The position numbers were made by a program, and so were the translations under genes. Under the pieces are notes generated by a model that did no database searches, was not told the origin of the DNA, and saw only the letters and a program-made list of their open reading frames with translations. This document shows, one piece after another, positions 35,205 to 44,078 of a stretch of 64,000 nucleotides of DNA. Origin of the DNA: Chloroflexota bacterium (GTDB lineage Bacteria > Chloroflexota > Anaerolineae > Anaerolineales > VGOW01); contig VGOW01000011.1 of assembly GCA_016875735.1 (NCBI GenBank), forward strand, positions 9,288 to 73,287, given 5' to 3'. Position 1 is the first letter of the stretch; each line of letters starts with the position of its first letter.

Positions 35205-36355
35205 GGCGTTTTTCCTTTCTTGAGCAGTATCACCATTGACAAGAAGTCAACAGTCCGCGCCGCAATTTTATCCCATGTGAAGTTATCGGCGAGGGCGAGG
35301 GCGCCCGCAGAGAGCCGCGCCCGCAGAGCAGGGTCGGCGGTCAGTTCGCGGATGGCGGCGGCCAACGCGGCGGGGTCTTCGGGCGGGACGAGTCGAATGT
35401 TCTCGCCGTCGCGCAGTTCGGGCAGTGGAGTCGCCGGGCGGGTGGTGATCGTCGGCATCCCGTGAGCGAGGCAGGCCATGAACGTTCCGCGCCGAAACGA
35501 CACGCCATCCACATACGGCATCGCCATTACATCACAAGACCAAAAGGCTTCGGTCGTTTCGCGCGGCGGCAAAAAGCCGGTGCGGGTGATCCGATCGGCA
35601 ACGCCAAGACTGGCGGCGAGCGACTCAATTTCGTCGGCGAAGGCCGCGTTTGTTTTGTCACTGCTCCCGGTGCGCCCGCCGATGAGGAGCAGTTTGCAAT
35701 CGGGGAGCGCGGCCAACGCGCGAAGCAGTGTGCCGCCGCCTTTGCTGGCGTTGAGAAAACCGAAGTAGCCGACGACGGGATTGCGGATTGCGGATTGCAG
35801 ATTGCGGATTGCAGATTTGGGAGTTTGGAGTTGGAAGTTTGGAGTTACATTGCTTCCAATGGGGATTTCGATCACTCGTTTGATTCGGGGATCGCGCTGA
35901 AGCGCGGACAGATCGTCGGGATTGGTGACGATGACTCCTGTCGCCGACCGGGCGAGGAAGTTCACCGCTGTGCGCCGTAGGGCTCCGGCTTTCGGAAACA
36001 GGTAGGGGACACGGAGATCGTGAAAGGTGACGACCGACGGCGCCCCGATGATCAACGGCAGACAATGAATCGGCGGCGTCATCCCATAGGCGGCGGCTTG
36101 ATATTGGATGTTGACGATGTCGAGCGAAAGCGATCGCGCGAGCCGCCGAATCAAAAAAAGCGAGGGGAGATTCCACGAGCGGATGATCGGGTGAATCGTT
36201 GGGGCAGGCCTTGCGTCTGCCCCCGCCCCGGCGTGGGTGATGATGTGAACGCGGTGGCCGAGCGCGGCCAATGCCAACGACACCTCGCGCGAGAAATCGC
36301 CCACGCCGCCCTGCATGGGAGGGTATTCGCCGGTGACCAGACCGATTTTGAGCAT
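35201..36355 (-). CDS. GT4-family (GT-B fold) glycosyltransferase
   Basis: Contains 'KIGLVTGEYPPMQGGVGDF' and a C-terminal 'E..G....EA.A.G.P'-like region ('TFMACLAHGMPTITT'). It carries an in-frame heptamer-repeat insert. Confidence 0.8.
   Translation of the reverse strand: MLKIGLVTGEYPPMQGGVGDFSREVSLALAALGHRVHIITHAGAGADARPAPTIHPIIRSWNLPSLFLIRRLARSLSLDIVNIQYQAAAYGMTPPIHCLPLIIGAPSVVTFHDLRVPYLFPKAGALRRTAVNFLARSATGVIVTNPDDLSALQRDPRIKRVIEIPIGSNVTPNFQLQTPKSAIRNLQSAIRNPVVGYFGFLNASKGGGTLLRALAALPDCKLLLIGGRTGSSDKTNAAFADEIESLAASLGVADRITRTGFLPPRETTEAFWSCDVMAMPYVDGVSFRRGTFMACLAHGMPTITTRPATPLPELRDGENIRLVPPEDPAALAAAIRELTADPALRARLSAGALALADNFTWDKIAARTVDFLSMVILLKKGKTP
35778..35847. repeat. heptamer arrays (GATTGCG x5; GAGTTTG) in frame in GT4
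   Basis: GATTGCG GATTGCG GATTGCA GATTGCG GATTGCA, then GATTTGG GAGTTTG GAGTTGG AAGTTTG. Together these encode 'NFQLQTPKSAIRNLQSAIRNP'. Confidence 0.75.
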
Positions 36356-36361
36356 GGCCGA

Positions 36362-37108
36362 TCAGCCGAAGCGGCCGGTGATGTATCGCTCGGTAGTTTC
36401 GCGCTGGGGGCGGGTGAAGAGGTTGGGGGTGAGATCGAACTCCACGAGTTCGCCGAGCCAGAAGAGGCCGGTGCGGTCGGAGACGCGCGCGGCTTGCTGC
36501 ATGTTGTGGGTGACGATGACGATGGTGTATTGCTTTTTGAGTTCGGCGATGAGCTCTTCGATTCTGGCCGTGGCCACCGGGTCGAGCGCCGAGCACGGCT
36601 CGTCCATCAGGATCACTTCCGGCTCCACCGCCAACACGCGAGCCATGCACAGGCGCTGCTGCTGCCCCAACGAAAGGCCGAGCGCCGACTCGCCCAGATG
36701 ATCTTTCACCTCGTCCCACAGCGCGGCGGCGCGAAGCGACTGCTCCACCAGTTCATCGTGATCGCGTTGAATGCCCAGCACGCGCGGGCCAAAGGCCACG
36801 TTGTCGCGCACCGATTGCGGGAACGGATTCGGTTTCTGAAACACCAGTCCCACCCGCTGGCGCAGGTGAGCCACGTCGAGGCCGGGCGCGTAAATGTTCT
36901 GCCCGTCGAGCAAAATCTGCCCGGCCACTCGCGTGTTGGGGATGGTGTCGTTCATTCGATTGAGGCATCGAAGAAAGGTGGACTTGCCGCAACCCGACGG
37001 CCCGATGAGCGCAGTCACTTCGCGCTCGGCGATCTCCATCGAAACGTCGGCGAGGGTTTTCTTGGGGCCGTAGTAAAAATCTAAATGCGTGACGCTGAAT
37101 TTGCCCAT
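36362..37108 (-). CDS. pstB: phosphate ABC transporter ATP-binding protein PstB (divergent copy)
   Basis: Contains '[19 protein letters not shown]', '[13 protein letters not shown]' and the C-terminal 'YITGRFG'. The signature motif reads 'LSLGQQQRL' rather than LSGGQ. The ATG is at 37108. Confidence 0.9.
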   Translation of the reverse strand: MGKFSVTHLDFYYGPKKTLADVSMEIAEREVTALIGPSGCGKSTFLRCLNRMNDTIPNTRVAGQILLDGQNIYAPGLDVAHLRQRVGLVFQKPNPFPQSVRDNVAFGPRVLGIQRDHDELVEQSLRAAALWDEVKDHLGESALGLSLGQQQRLCMARVLAVEPEVILMDEPCSALDPVATARIEELIAELKKQYTIVIVTHNMQQAARVSDRTGLFWLGELVEFDLTPNLFTRPQRETTERYITGRFG

Positions 37109-37166
37109 ACGGGGAATCATTCTACCTGAGAATCCGCCGAGTGCGAGACTCTCATGGGCGCCGCCG

Positions 37167-37208
37167 TTAAATAAAATTAACGAGCGCGGGGCCGATGGCG
37201 GATATAAT
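37167..37208 (+). promoter_or_regulatory. putative pst promoter with a Pho-box-like direct repeat
   Basis: TTAAATAAAATTAAC (TTAA repeated at 11-bp spacing) sits where a -35 would be. TATAAT lies at 37203-37208, 12 nt upstream of the pstS ATG. Confidence 0.3.
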
Positions 37209-37219
37209 CGACTCGGATC

Positions 37220-38095
37220 ATGCGCACATTCTTCCTCCGTTGTTTGGCAATCATCATCGTTGTTGCGCTGACGGCTTGTCGCCGCCCCAGCGATCTGGGG
37301 GAGGCCGCCGCTGCATCGGCTATCGAAAACAAAGGCTCCGATACGATGGTGAACCTCGCGCTGGCGTGGGCCGAGTCGTATCAAACCGAGCGGCCCGATG
37401 TGCGCCTCTCGGTCACCGGCGGCGGATCGGGCACGGGCATTGCCGCGCTGATCAACGGCACGGTGGACATCGCCAACGCCTCGCGGGCGATCAAAAGCGA
37501 GGAACGAGAAAAGGCGCGAGCCAATGGAATCGAGCCGGTGGAATTTGTGGTGGCGCGGGATGCGATTGCCATCATCGTCCACCCGGCCAACCCGGTGAAT
37601 CAAATCAGCCTCACACAACTTTCGGCCATCTATCGCGGCGAGATCACCAACTGGCGCAGCGTGGGCGGAGAGGATCGCCCCATTGTATTGCTCTCGCGCG
37701 AAACCAATTCGGGCACGCATGTTTTCTTCCTCGAGCACGTTTTGCGGCTGGGGAAGAAAGACGACAAATCGTTGTTCTCGCCCGATACATTGCTCATGCC
37801 CAGTTCCGAGGGCATCTCTGCCGAGGTGCGGCAGAACCCCAATGCCCTCGGTTACGACGGACTCGGTTACGTGACGCCGGACATGAAAACGTTGGCGGTG
37901 GCCCAAGCCGATGGCGAGCCGTTTGTGCTGCCCACTATTGCCACCGTCAACGACCAGTCGTATCCCATCGCCCGCGAGCTGTATATGTACACGCTCGGCC
38001 AGCCGTCCGGGCAAGTGAAAGAGTATATGGATTGGGTGCTCGGCCCCGAGGCGCAGAAAATTGTGGCCGAGTTGGGATTTGTGCCGGTGAGGTAA
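37220..38095 (+). CDS. pstS: phosphate ABC transporter substrate-binding lipoprotein PstS
   Basis: Lipobox 'ALTAC', plus 'GSDTMVNLA', '[23 protein letters not shown]' and 'RETNSGTH'. Confidence 0.9.
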   Translation: MRTFFLRCLAIIIVVALTACRRPSDLGEAAAASAIENKGSDTMVNLALAWAESYQTERPDVRLSVTGGGSGTGIAALINGTVDIANASRAIKSEEREKARANGIEPVEFVVARDAIAIIVHPANPVNQISLTQLSAIYRGEITNWRSVGGEDRPIVLLSRETNSGTHVFFLEHVLRLGKKDDKSLFSPDTLLMPSSEGISAEVRQNPNALGYDGLGYVTPDMKTLAVAQADGEPFVLPTIATVNDQSYPIARELYMYTLGQPSGQVKEYMDWVLGPEAQKIVAELGFVPVR

Positions 38096-38101
38096 TTTCA
38101 G

Positions 38102-38158
38102 ATGCCAGAGGTCAGTAGTCAGAAGTCAGTGGTCAGAGGCCAGAGGCCGGAGGTCAGA
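38102..38158. repeat. heptamer array (GTCAGNN) at the pstC 5' end
   Basis: GTCAGTA GTCAGAA GTCAGTG GTCAGAG GCCAGAG GCCGGAG GTCAG. Confidence 0.7.
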
Positions 38159-39046
38159 TATGGCAGTGGGGCGGAGTTTGTTATCGAGGCGCTCATCCGC
38201 GCGTCGGGGTACTCGGCGATTCTTTTTGTCGGGCTGATTCTGATCTTTCTATTGAAAGAGAGTCTGCCCGCGTTTGCAGAAGTGAAGCCCGAAGCGCTCT
38301 TCGGCCAACGGTGGTATCCCATCGAGGGGCACTTTGGTTTGTTGCCGCTCATCGGCGGATCGCTCATCGTCACGTTGGGCGCGACGGCCATCGCCGTGCC
38401 CTTCGGGCTGGCCGCCGCCATCTTCATTGCCGAGGTCGCCCCGCGCTGGGCGCGCGAAGTTCTCAAGCCGCTCATCGAAATCCTCGGCGGCCTCCCCTCG
38501 GTGGTGTTGGGCTTCATGGGCATGTTGGTGCTCGCCCCTTTCATTCGCGTCACGCTCGATACGCCCACCGGACTCACCGCGTTCACCGGATCGGTGTTGC
38601 TGGCTGGAATGGCCCTGCCCACACTCGTCTCGGTGGCCGAAGACGCGCTCGACGCCGTGCCGAAGAGTTACCGCGATGCGGCGCTCGCGCTCGGCGCGAC
38701 TCAGTGGCAAACCATTTGGCGGGTGACGCTTCCGGCGGCGCGCACCGGCGTGCTCACGGCGGTGATGCTCGGCATTGGCCGGGCCATCGGCGAGACGATG
38801 ACGGTGATGATGGTGACGGGCAACGCGGCGCGGATGCCCACCGCGCTCAACGCCCTCTTCCTTCCGGCGCGGACGATGACGGCCACCATCGCCGCCGAGA
38901 TGGGGGAAGTCGCCAACGGGAGCGCGCACTATCATGTGCTGTTCACCATCGGCATCGCGCTGTTTGTCATTTCGTTCGCCGTCAACCTCGTCGCCAGCGC
39001 CGTCGTCTTCCAACAGCAGAAACGATCGCAACGCTTGCTTTCATGA
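38102..39046 (+). CDS. pstC: phosphate ABC transporter permease PstC
   Basis: Contains '[34 protein letters not shown]'. The first ~19 codons are a heptamer array, so the start is uncertain. Confidence 0.85.
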   Translation: MPEVSSQKSVVRGQRPEVRYGSGAEFVIEALIRASGYSAILFVGLILIFLLKESLPAFAEVKPEALFGQRWYPIEGHFGLLPLIGGSLIVTLGATAIAVPFGLAAAIFIAEVAPRWAREVLKPLIEILGGLPSVVLGFMGMLVLAPFIRVTLDTPTGLTAFTGSVLLAGMALPTLVSVAEDALDAVPKSYRDAALALGATQWQTIWRVTLPAARTGVLTAVMLGIGRAIGETMTVMMVTGNAARMPTALNALFLPARTMTATIAAEMGEVANGSAHYHVLFTIGIALFVISFAVNLVASAVVFQQQKRSQRLLS

Positions 39047-39071
39047 CTCACGCGAAAGTTCTTGGGAACGC

Positions 39072-39160
39072 GGATGAACGCTGATTGGGGCTGATGAACG
39101 CTGATATTTTTGATCAAGATGATCAGCGTTCATCAGATTTTTCAGCGTTTATCTGCGTTT
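39072..39160. repeat. hairpin repeat element (GATGAACGCT words), copy 1, between pstC and pstA
   Basis: CTGATGAACGCTGAT (39091-39105) and ATCAGCGTTCATCAG (39122-39136) form a perfect 15-bp inverted repeat around a TGATCA-containing loop. Confidence 0.8.
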
Positions 39161-39191
39161 CGCTCGACCTGCGAGTAGACACGAATCGCCT

Positions 39192-40037
39192 ATGTCTCGC
39201 CAGCTCACCCAACGCCTCGCCTTCACCCTGCTCACCGCCGCCGTTGCCCTCACCATTCTGCCCATCGTGATCGTCGTGGGCTACATTGCAGTGGCGGGCG
39301 CTCCGGCCCTCTCGGCCGAGTTCCTCACCGCCATGCCGCGCAATGGAATGCGCTCCGGCGGCATTTGGCCGGCCATCGTCGGCACGCTGTATCTCACCTT
39401 GGGCACCGGGCTGGTGGCCGTGCCGCTCGGCATCGCCGCCGCCATCTATCTGGCCGAATACGCGAAAGACAATCAAATCACTCGCGCCATCCGAGTCGCT
39501 ATCATCAACCTCGCCGGCATCCCCTCGGTGGTGTATGGGTTGTTCGGACTCGGGCTGTTCGTGCTCTTCCTGCAATTCGGCGCCTCCATCGTTGCCGGAT
39601 GCCTCACCCTTTCGATCATGACTCTGCCGGTGATCATCTCCACCGCCGAAGAGGCCATTCGCGCCGTGCCGCAAAGTTTTCGAGTCGTCAGCGTCAGCCT
39701 CGGCGGAACGAAATGGCAAACCATCCGCCGCGTGGTGTTGCCGCAGGCGCTGCCGGGCATCCTCACCGGAGTCATTCTCGGCCTCGAACGCGCCGCCGGA
39801 GAGACGGCGCCCATTCTGTTCACCGCCGCCGCCTTCTTTCTGCCGCGCCTTCCCGCTTCAATCTTCGACGCGACCATGGCCCTGCCCTATCACCTCTTCG
39901 TCATCTCCACTCAAGTGCCGGGAATGCCATTGGAGATTCAATACGGCACCGCGCTGGTATTGCTTGTGTTCGTTCTTTCGATGAATGGGATCGCCACCGT
40001 GATACGCGCCCGCGCCCGCGCCCGGAGGCAGTGGTGA
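39192..40037 (+). CDS. pstA: phosphate ABC transporter permease PstA
   Basis: Contains 'EEAIRAVPQSFRVVSVSLGGTKWQTIRRVVLPQALPGI'. Confidence 0.9.
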   Translation: MSRQLTQRLAFTLLTAAVALTILPIVIVVGYIAVAGAPALSAEFLTAMPRNGMRSGGIWPAIVGTLYLTLGTGLVAVPLGIAAAIYLAEYAKDNQITRAIRVAIINLAGIPSVVYGLFGLGLFVLFLQFGASIVAGCLTLSIMTLPVIISTAEEAIRAVPQSFRVVSVSLGGTKWQTIRRVVLPQALPGILTGVILGLERAAGETAPILFTAAAFFLPRLPASIFDATMALPYHLFVISTQVPGMPLEIQYGTALVLLVFVLSMNGIATVIRARARARRQW

Positions 40038-40807
40038 CCGACTCCGCGCCCCAACCCAAAATCGTCGTCGAGCGCCTCTCGATCCAATACGACGACGGCG
40101 CCGAATCATTGCGCGAGGTGTCGCTCGCCATTCCGGCAAATCAGATCACGGTGCTGTTCGGCCCGGCCGGCGGCGGCAAAAGCACCCTGCTCCGCGCCAT
40201 CAACCGGCTCAACGATCTGGTGGACGGAGTCCGCACCACCGGAAAGATTCTGCTCGACGGAAAAGAGATCAGCGGCTCCGGTGTGGACACCACCGCCTTG
40301 CGCCGCCGAGTCGGAATGGTGTTCGCCCAACCCGTGCCACTACCCATGAGCATCCGCGAAAACGTAACTTACGGACTCGAGTTGGCCGGAATGCGCGACG
40401 CAAAGAGAAAAGAGGGCGCGGTCGAAAAATCTTTGCGCGCCGCCGCGCTGTGGGAGGAAGTGCGCGACCGCCTCGACGCGCCCGCCGTGGCGTTATCCGG
40501 CGGCCAGCAACAGCGGTTGTGCCTCGCCCGCGCTCTGGCCCTCGAGCCCGAAGTCGTTCTGCTCGACGAGCCGACCTCCGGCCTCGATCCCATTTCGACT
40601 GCAAAAGTGGAAGAGTCTCTGCAAGAGATCAAGCGCGAGTACACCATCGTCATCGTCCCGCACTCGGTGCAGCAGGGCGCGCGCATCGCCGATTACGCCG
40701 CCTTCTTTTTGCAGGGTGAATTGGTGGAGCACGGCCCGGGTCCACAAATCTTCCTCGCCCCCAAAGACAAACGCACGCACGATTACGTGACGGGGAGATT
40801 CGGGTAA
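40034..40807 (+). CDS. pstB: PstB-like phosphate ABC transporter ATP-binding protein, divergent second copy
   Basis: The GTG at 40034 overlaps the pstA stop (GTGA), with GGAGG upstream. Contains 'GPAGGGKST', 'LSGGQQQRL', 'LLDEPTSGLD', 'VPHSVQQ' and the C-terminal 'YVTGRFG'. Confidence 0.85.
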   Translation: MTDSAPQPKIVVERLSIQYDDGAESLREVSLAIPANQITVLFGPAGGGKSTLLRAINRLNDLVDGVRTTGKILLDGKEISGSGVDTTALRRRVGMVFAQPVPLPMSIRENVTYGLELAGMRDAKRKEGAVEKSLRAAALWEEVRDRLDAPAVALSGGQQQRLCLARALALEPEVVLLDEPTSGLDPISTAKVEESLQEIKREYTIVIVPHSVQQGARIADYAAFFLQGELVEHGPGPQIFLAPKDKRTHDYVTGRFG

Positions 40808-40830
40808 GGCAGATGTAACCACAAGGGGAA

Positions 40831-40922
40831 CGCAGATAACGCTGATGAATCGGATGAACGCTGATTCTTTTTGATCAAGATCATCAGCGTTTATCGAGCC
40901 CAATCTGCGTTTATCAGCGTTG
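40831..40922. repeat. hairpin repeat element (GATGAACGCT words), copy 2, after pstB2
   Basis: GGATGAACGCTGATTCTTTTTGATCAAGATCATCAGCGTTTATC. This ~45-bp core is nearly identical to copy 1. Confidence 0.8.
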
Positions 40923-40943
40923 CCAGTAACGTTGGGGGAGCGA

Positions 40944-41942
40944 TCAAAGATCGCGGTTCACGACATACCCGGCGATGGCGCGCAGGTTTTCCACGTGCGG
41001 CCCGGCGGGCAGAACATCCAGCGCGGCAATGCCCCGATTGACGAACTCGCGCGCTTCGTTAAGCGATGCCTGTATCGCCGCCGAATGGCGAATGGCCTCC
41101 ACCACTTTCGTCGAGAGCGCGGCATCGCCCATTCTGCCGTTGAGCAATGAGGTGAGGTCGGGATCGTTGGGGCGCATGTCGAGATAGCACAGCGCCGGAA
41201 GAGTCACCAACCCCTGCCGCAAGTCGCCGCCCACTGGCTTGCCAATGTGATGCGGATCGCCGGTGAAATCGAGAATGTCGTCGATGATCTGAAACGCGGA
41301 GCCGACTTCACGCCCGAAGGTGGCCAGAGCGGCGATCTCCCGCTCGGTGGTGTCGCCCAGCACCGCCGCCGATTCGCATGCGGCCTCGAACACCGACGCT
41401 GTCTTCGAATAGATTCTCCTGAAATAATCCTCGCGGCTGGCAACCCCGCGGCTGGTGAACATCTGATTGATCTCGCCGTTGACGAGCACGCTGAGGGTGC
41501 GGGCGAAGATACGCATCACGCGCACGTTGTCGGCCTGGGCGGCGAAGTCGGCGGCGCGGGCGAACACGTAATCGCCGGTGAGCACCGTGGCGCCGGGACT
41601 CCATTGCGCGTTGAGGGTGGGGATGCCGCGCCGCAGGAGCGCCCCATCAACAAGATCATCGTGAACGAGGGTGGCCGTGTGCAGCATCTCGATGGCCGCC
41701 GACACCGACACGAGCCGGTCGAACTCGGCGTTGAAAATGCCGCCGGAGAGGAGGGCAATGGCCGGGCGGATTCGTTTGCCGCCCGAGGCCAGCAAATGTT
41801 CAATGACCGCTGTCAACGCCTCGTGCTGGCCGGCCATGCCTTCGCGCATACGATCTTCCACCGCGTTCAACCCGTCGCGCACAGGCGCGAAGAGTTGGGT
41901 GATGGAAGGCTGGGTCATCGTCGTCAAATCAATCAACTCCAA
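40944..41942 (-). CDS. polyprenyl diphosphate synthase (trans-IPPS; IspB/HepT-like)
   Basis: Contains 'GGKRIRP', the first DDxxD 'LVHDDLVD' and the second 'QIIDDILD'. Confidence 0.9.
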   Translation of the reverse strand: MELIDLTTMTQPSITQLFAPVRDGLNAVEDRMREGMAGQHEALTAVIEHLLASGGKRIRPAIALLSGGIFNAEFDRLVSVSAAIEMLHTATLVHDDLVDGALLRRGIPTLNAQWSPGATVLTGDYVFARAADFAAQADNVRVMRIFARTLSVLVNGEINQMFTSRGVASREDYFRRIYSKTASVFEAACESAAVLGDTTEREIAALATFGREVGSAFQIIDDILDFTGDPHHIGKPVGGDLRQGLVTLPALCYLDMRPNDPDLTSLLNGRMGDAALSTKVVEAIRHSAAIQASLNEAREFVNRGIAALDVLPAGPHVENLRAIAGYVVNRDL

Positions 41943-42727
41943 TCAAAAAGCGCGGCGGCGTTGGCGCTCGTCTGCGCGGCCACGTCACTCAGCGGCAGTC
42001 CGCGCACTTCGGCAATTTTTTCGGCCACGCGCCGCACGTGAGCCGGTTCGTTTCTTCGCCCCCGATCGGGCATCGGCGCCAAATACGGCGCGTCGGTTTC
42101 AATCAAAAGATGCGCGAGCGGCGCTTCTTGCGCCACCGCCCGCAGTTCGTCGGCCTTCGGAAAAGTGATCGGCCCGGAGATGCCGATGGCAAACCCGATG
42201 CTGATCGCCTTCTGCATCCCGGCGCGATCACTGCTGAATGAATGTAACACGCCGCGCCGCCCCCCGTTGCGCTCGGCGGCCCACTCGCTCAACATTGCCA
42301 TCACATCGTCGTGCGCTTCGCGGCTGTGAATGACCACCGGCAAACCGAGTTCGCCCGCCAATTCTAATTGCTGGCGAAAGACTCGCCGCTGAATATCGCG
42401 CGGCGATAAGTCACGATAATAATCGAGTCCGATCTCGCCGATGGCTTTGACCTTGGGGTGCTTCGCCAGTTCTCTCAATTCATTCAATTGCGCCGCGCCC
42501 ATCGCCGCCGCATCGTGCGGATGAAAGCCCACCGCCGCATACAGTTCGGGGTACGATTCGGCGAGGGCCACCGCGCGTCGGCTCGATTCGAGATCGATGC
42601 CCGGATTCAGAATCCGAGTCACTCCGGCGGCGCGGGCGTGTTCAATCACCGCGCCCCGATCCGAATCGAATTGTGAAAGATCAAGATGGCAATGCGTGTC
42701 CGTCAGCACTTGTGATAATTGTATCAA
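41933..42727 (-). CDS. tatD: TatD-family metal-dependent hydrolase
   Basis: Contains 'DTHCHLD', 'VGFHPH', 'IGEIGLDY', 'PVVIHSREA' and 'ETDAPYL'. The start is either the TTG at 42727 or the GTG at 42709. Confidence 0.85.
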   Translation of the reverse strand: MIQLSQVLTDTHCHLDLSQFDSDRGAVIEHARAAGVTRILNPGIDLESSRRAVALAESYPELYAAVGFHPHDAAAMGAAQLNELRELAKHPKVKAIGEIGLDYYRDLSPRDIQRRVFRQQLELAGELGLPVVIHSREAHDDVMAMLSEWAAERNGGRRGVLHSFSSDRAGMQKAISIGFAIGISGPITFPKADELRAVAQEAPLAHLLIETDAPYLAPMPDRGRRNEPAHVRRVAEKIAEVRGLPLSDVAAQTSANAAALFDWS

Positions 42728-42790
42728 TGCTATCTGCTTTTTGGCTACCCCCCAACTTTATCGCTTGCCTTGCCTGCTTGGAGTGGTTCT

Positions 42791-42866
42791 CACCACCAAG
42801 ACACAAAGGCGCAAGGACTCACAAAGATTCTCTTGTGCTTCTGCATGTCTCTGCGGCTTCGTGGTG
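42791..42866. repeat. imperfect palindromic repeat element, intergenic (tatD/deoB)
   Basis: CACCACCAAGACACAAAGGCGCAAGGAC ... CTTGTGCTTCTGCATGTCTCTGCGGCTTCGTGGTG. Confidence 0.6.
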
Positions 42867-42899
42867 AATCGCTCCAAGCCATTACGCAAGATGATCTCA

Positions 42900-44078
42900 T
42901 CATCGCAACACGATGGATGCGAATTCTTCTCCCTCGCCCGCGCCGGGCACGCCGAGCATTGCGGCGATGGTGGCGGCCACATCGGCAAAGGTCTTTCGCG
43001 TGCCAATGGCCGCGCCGGATCGAATCATCTGCCCGGCGATCAAAAACGGCACGCGCTCGCGCGAATGATCGGTGGAAGGAGTCGTCGGATCGTTGCCGTG
43101 GTCGGCGGTGATCATCAGCACGTCATTATCGCCGAGCGCGTTCAGTATTTCGGGCAGGCGCCAATCGAACTCTTCGAGCGCACGCGCATAGCCGGGCACG
43201 TCGTTGCGGTGGCCGTACAACGCATCGAAGTCAACAAGATTGGCGAAGACAAGTCCGCGCCGCCGCGCGCGAGTGAATTCGAGGATCGCATCCACTCCGG
43301 CATTGTTGTTGCCGGTGTGATTCGAATCGGTGAGGCCGCGGTGGGCAAAGATGTCTTCGATTTTCCCGACGCCCGCGCACATCAAGCCCGCCGCTTTCAC
43401 CGTGTCCAGAATCGTGTCGTGCGGCGGATAGAGCGAAAAGTCGCGGCGGTGTTCGGTGCGCTTGAACGCGCCGGGCTGGCCGATGAATGGCCGGGCGATC
43501 ACCCGCCCCACCGCGAGATCGCCGGTGAGCATCTCGCGCGCGATCTCGCACATCTCGTACAATTTTTCGAGGGGGATGATCCCTTCGTGCGCGGCGATCT
43601 GGAAGACACTGTCGGCAGAAGTGTAAATGATGGCTTTGCCGGTGGCGAGGTGCTCCGCGCCCAACCGTTCGATGATGACCGTGCCCGACTCTGGATAGTT
43701 GCCGATCGTTCCACGCCCGATGCGTTTCTCGAACGCCCGAACGAACTCTGCCGGGAAGCCGTTCGGAAACACAGGGAACGGTTTGGAGAGCGACGCGCCC
43801 GCCAACTCCCAATGGCCGGTGGTCGTGTCTTTGCCCGCCGACACTTCGGTGAGCCGCCCGAATGCGCCCGATGGATTCTCAACCGCAGGCACGCCGGCAA
43901 GATCGCCCAAGTGTCCGAGTCCGAGCGCGGCCATGTTCGGAAGTTTGAGACCGCCCATGGCCCGCGCAATGTTGCCGAGCGTGTTCGAGCCGGAGTCGCC
44001 GTAGGCTTCGGCGTCCGGCGCATCGCCGATGCCCACGCTATCGAGCACAATGAGGATCACTTGATTCACGTCGCCCAT
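42900..44078 (-). CDS. deoB: phosphopentomutase
   Basis: Contains '[24 protein letters not shown]', 'TGHWE' and 'TADHGNDPT'. The ATG at 44078 overlaps the glmM stop by 1 nt. Confidence 0.9.
   Translation of the reverse strand: MGDVNQVILIVLDSVGIGDAPDAEAYGDSGSNTLGNIARAMGGLKLPNMAALGLGHLGDLAGVPAVENPSGAFGRLTEVSAGKDTTTGHWELAGASLSKPFPVFPNGFPAEFVRAFEKRIGRGTIGNYPESGTVIIERLGAEHLATGKAIIYTSADSVFQIAAHEGIIPLEKLYEMCEIAREMLTGDLAVGRVIARPFIGQPGAFKRTEHRRDFSLYPPHDTILDTVKAAGLMCAGVGKIEDIFAHRGLTDSNHTGNNNAGVDAILEFTRARRRGLVFANLVDFDALYGHRNDVPGYARALEEFDWRLPEILNALGDNDVLMITADHGNDPTTPSTDHSRERVPFLIAGQMIRSGAAIGTRKTFADVAATIAAMLGVPGAGEGEEFASIVLR

Noticed and set aside
36362-38014. Extended N-termini of several track ORFs: 36362..38014, 39365..40807, 56620..58887, 57352..59037, 14357..15559, 5458..6597, 8548..10362
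   Set aside because: Homology starts at internal ATG/GTG codons that have an SD sequence or a start-stop overlap. The upstream parts overlap neighbouring genes and have shadow-like composition.
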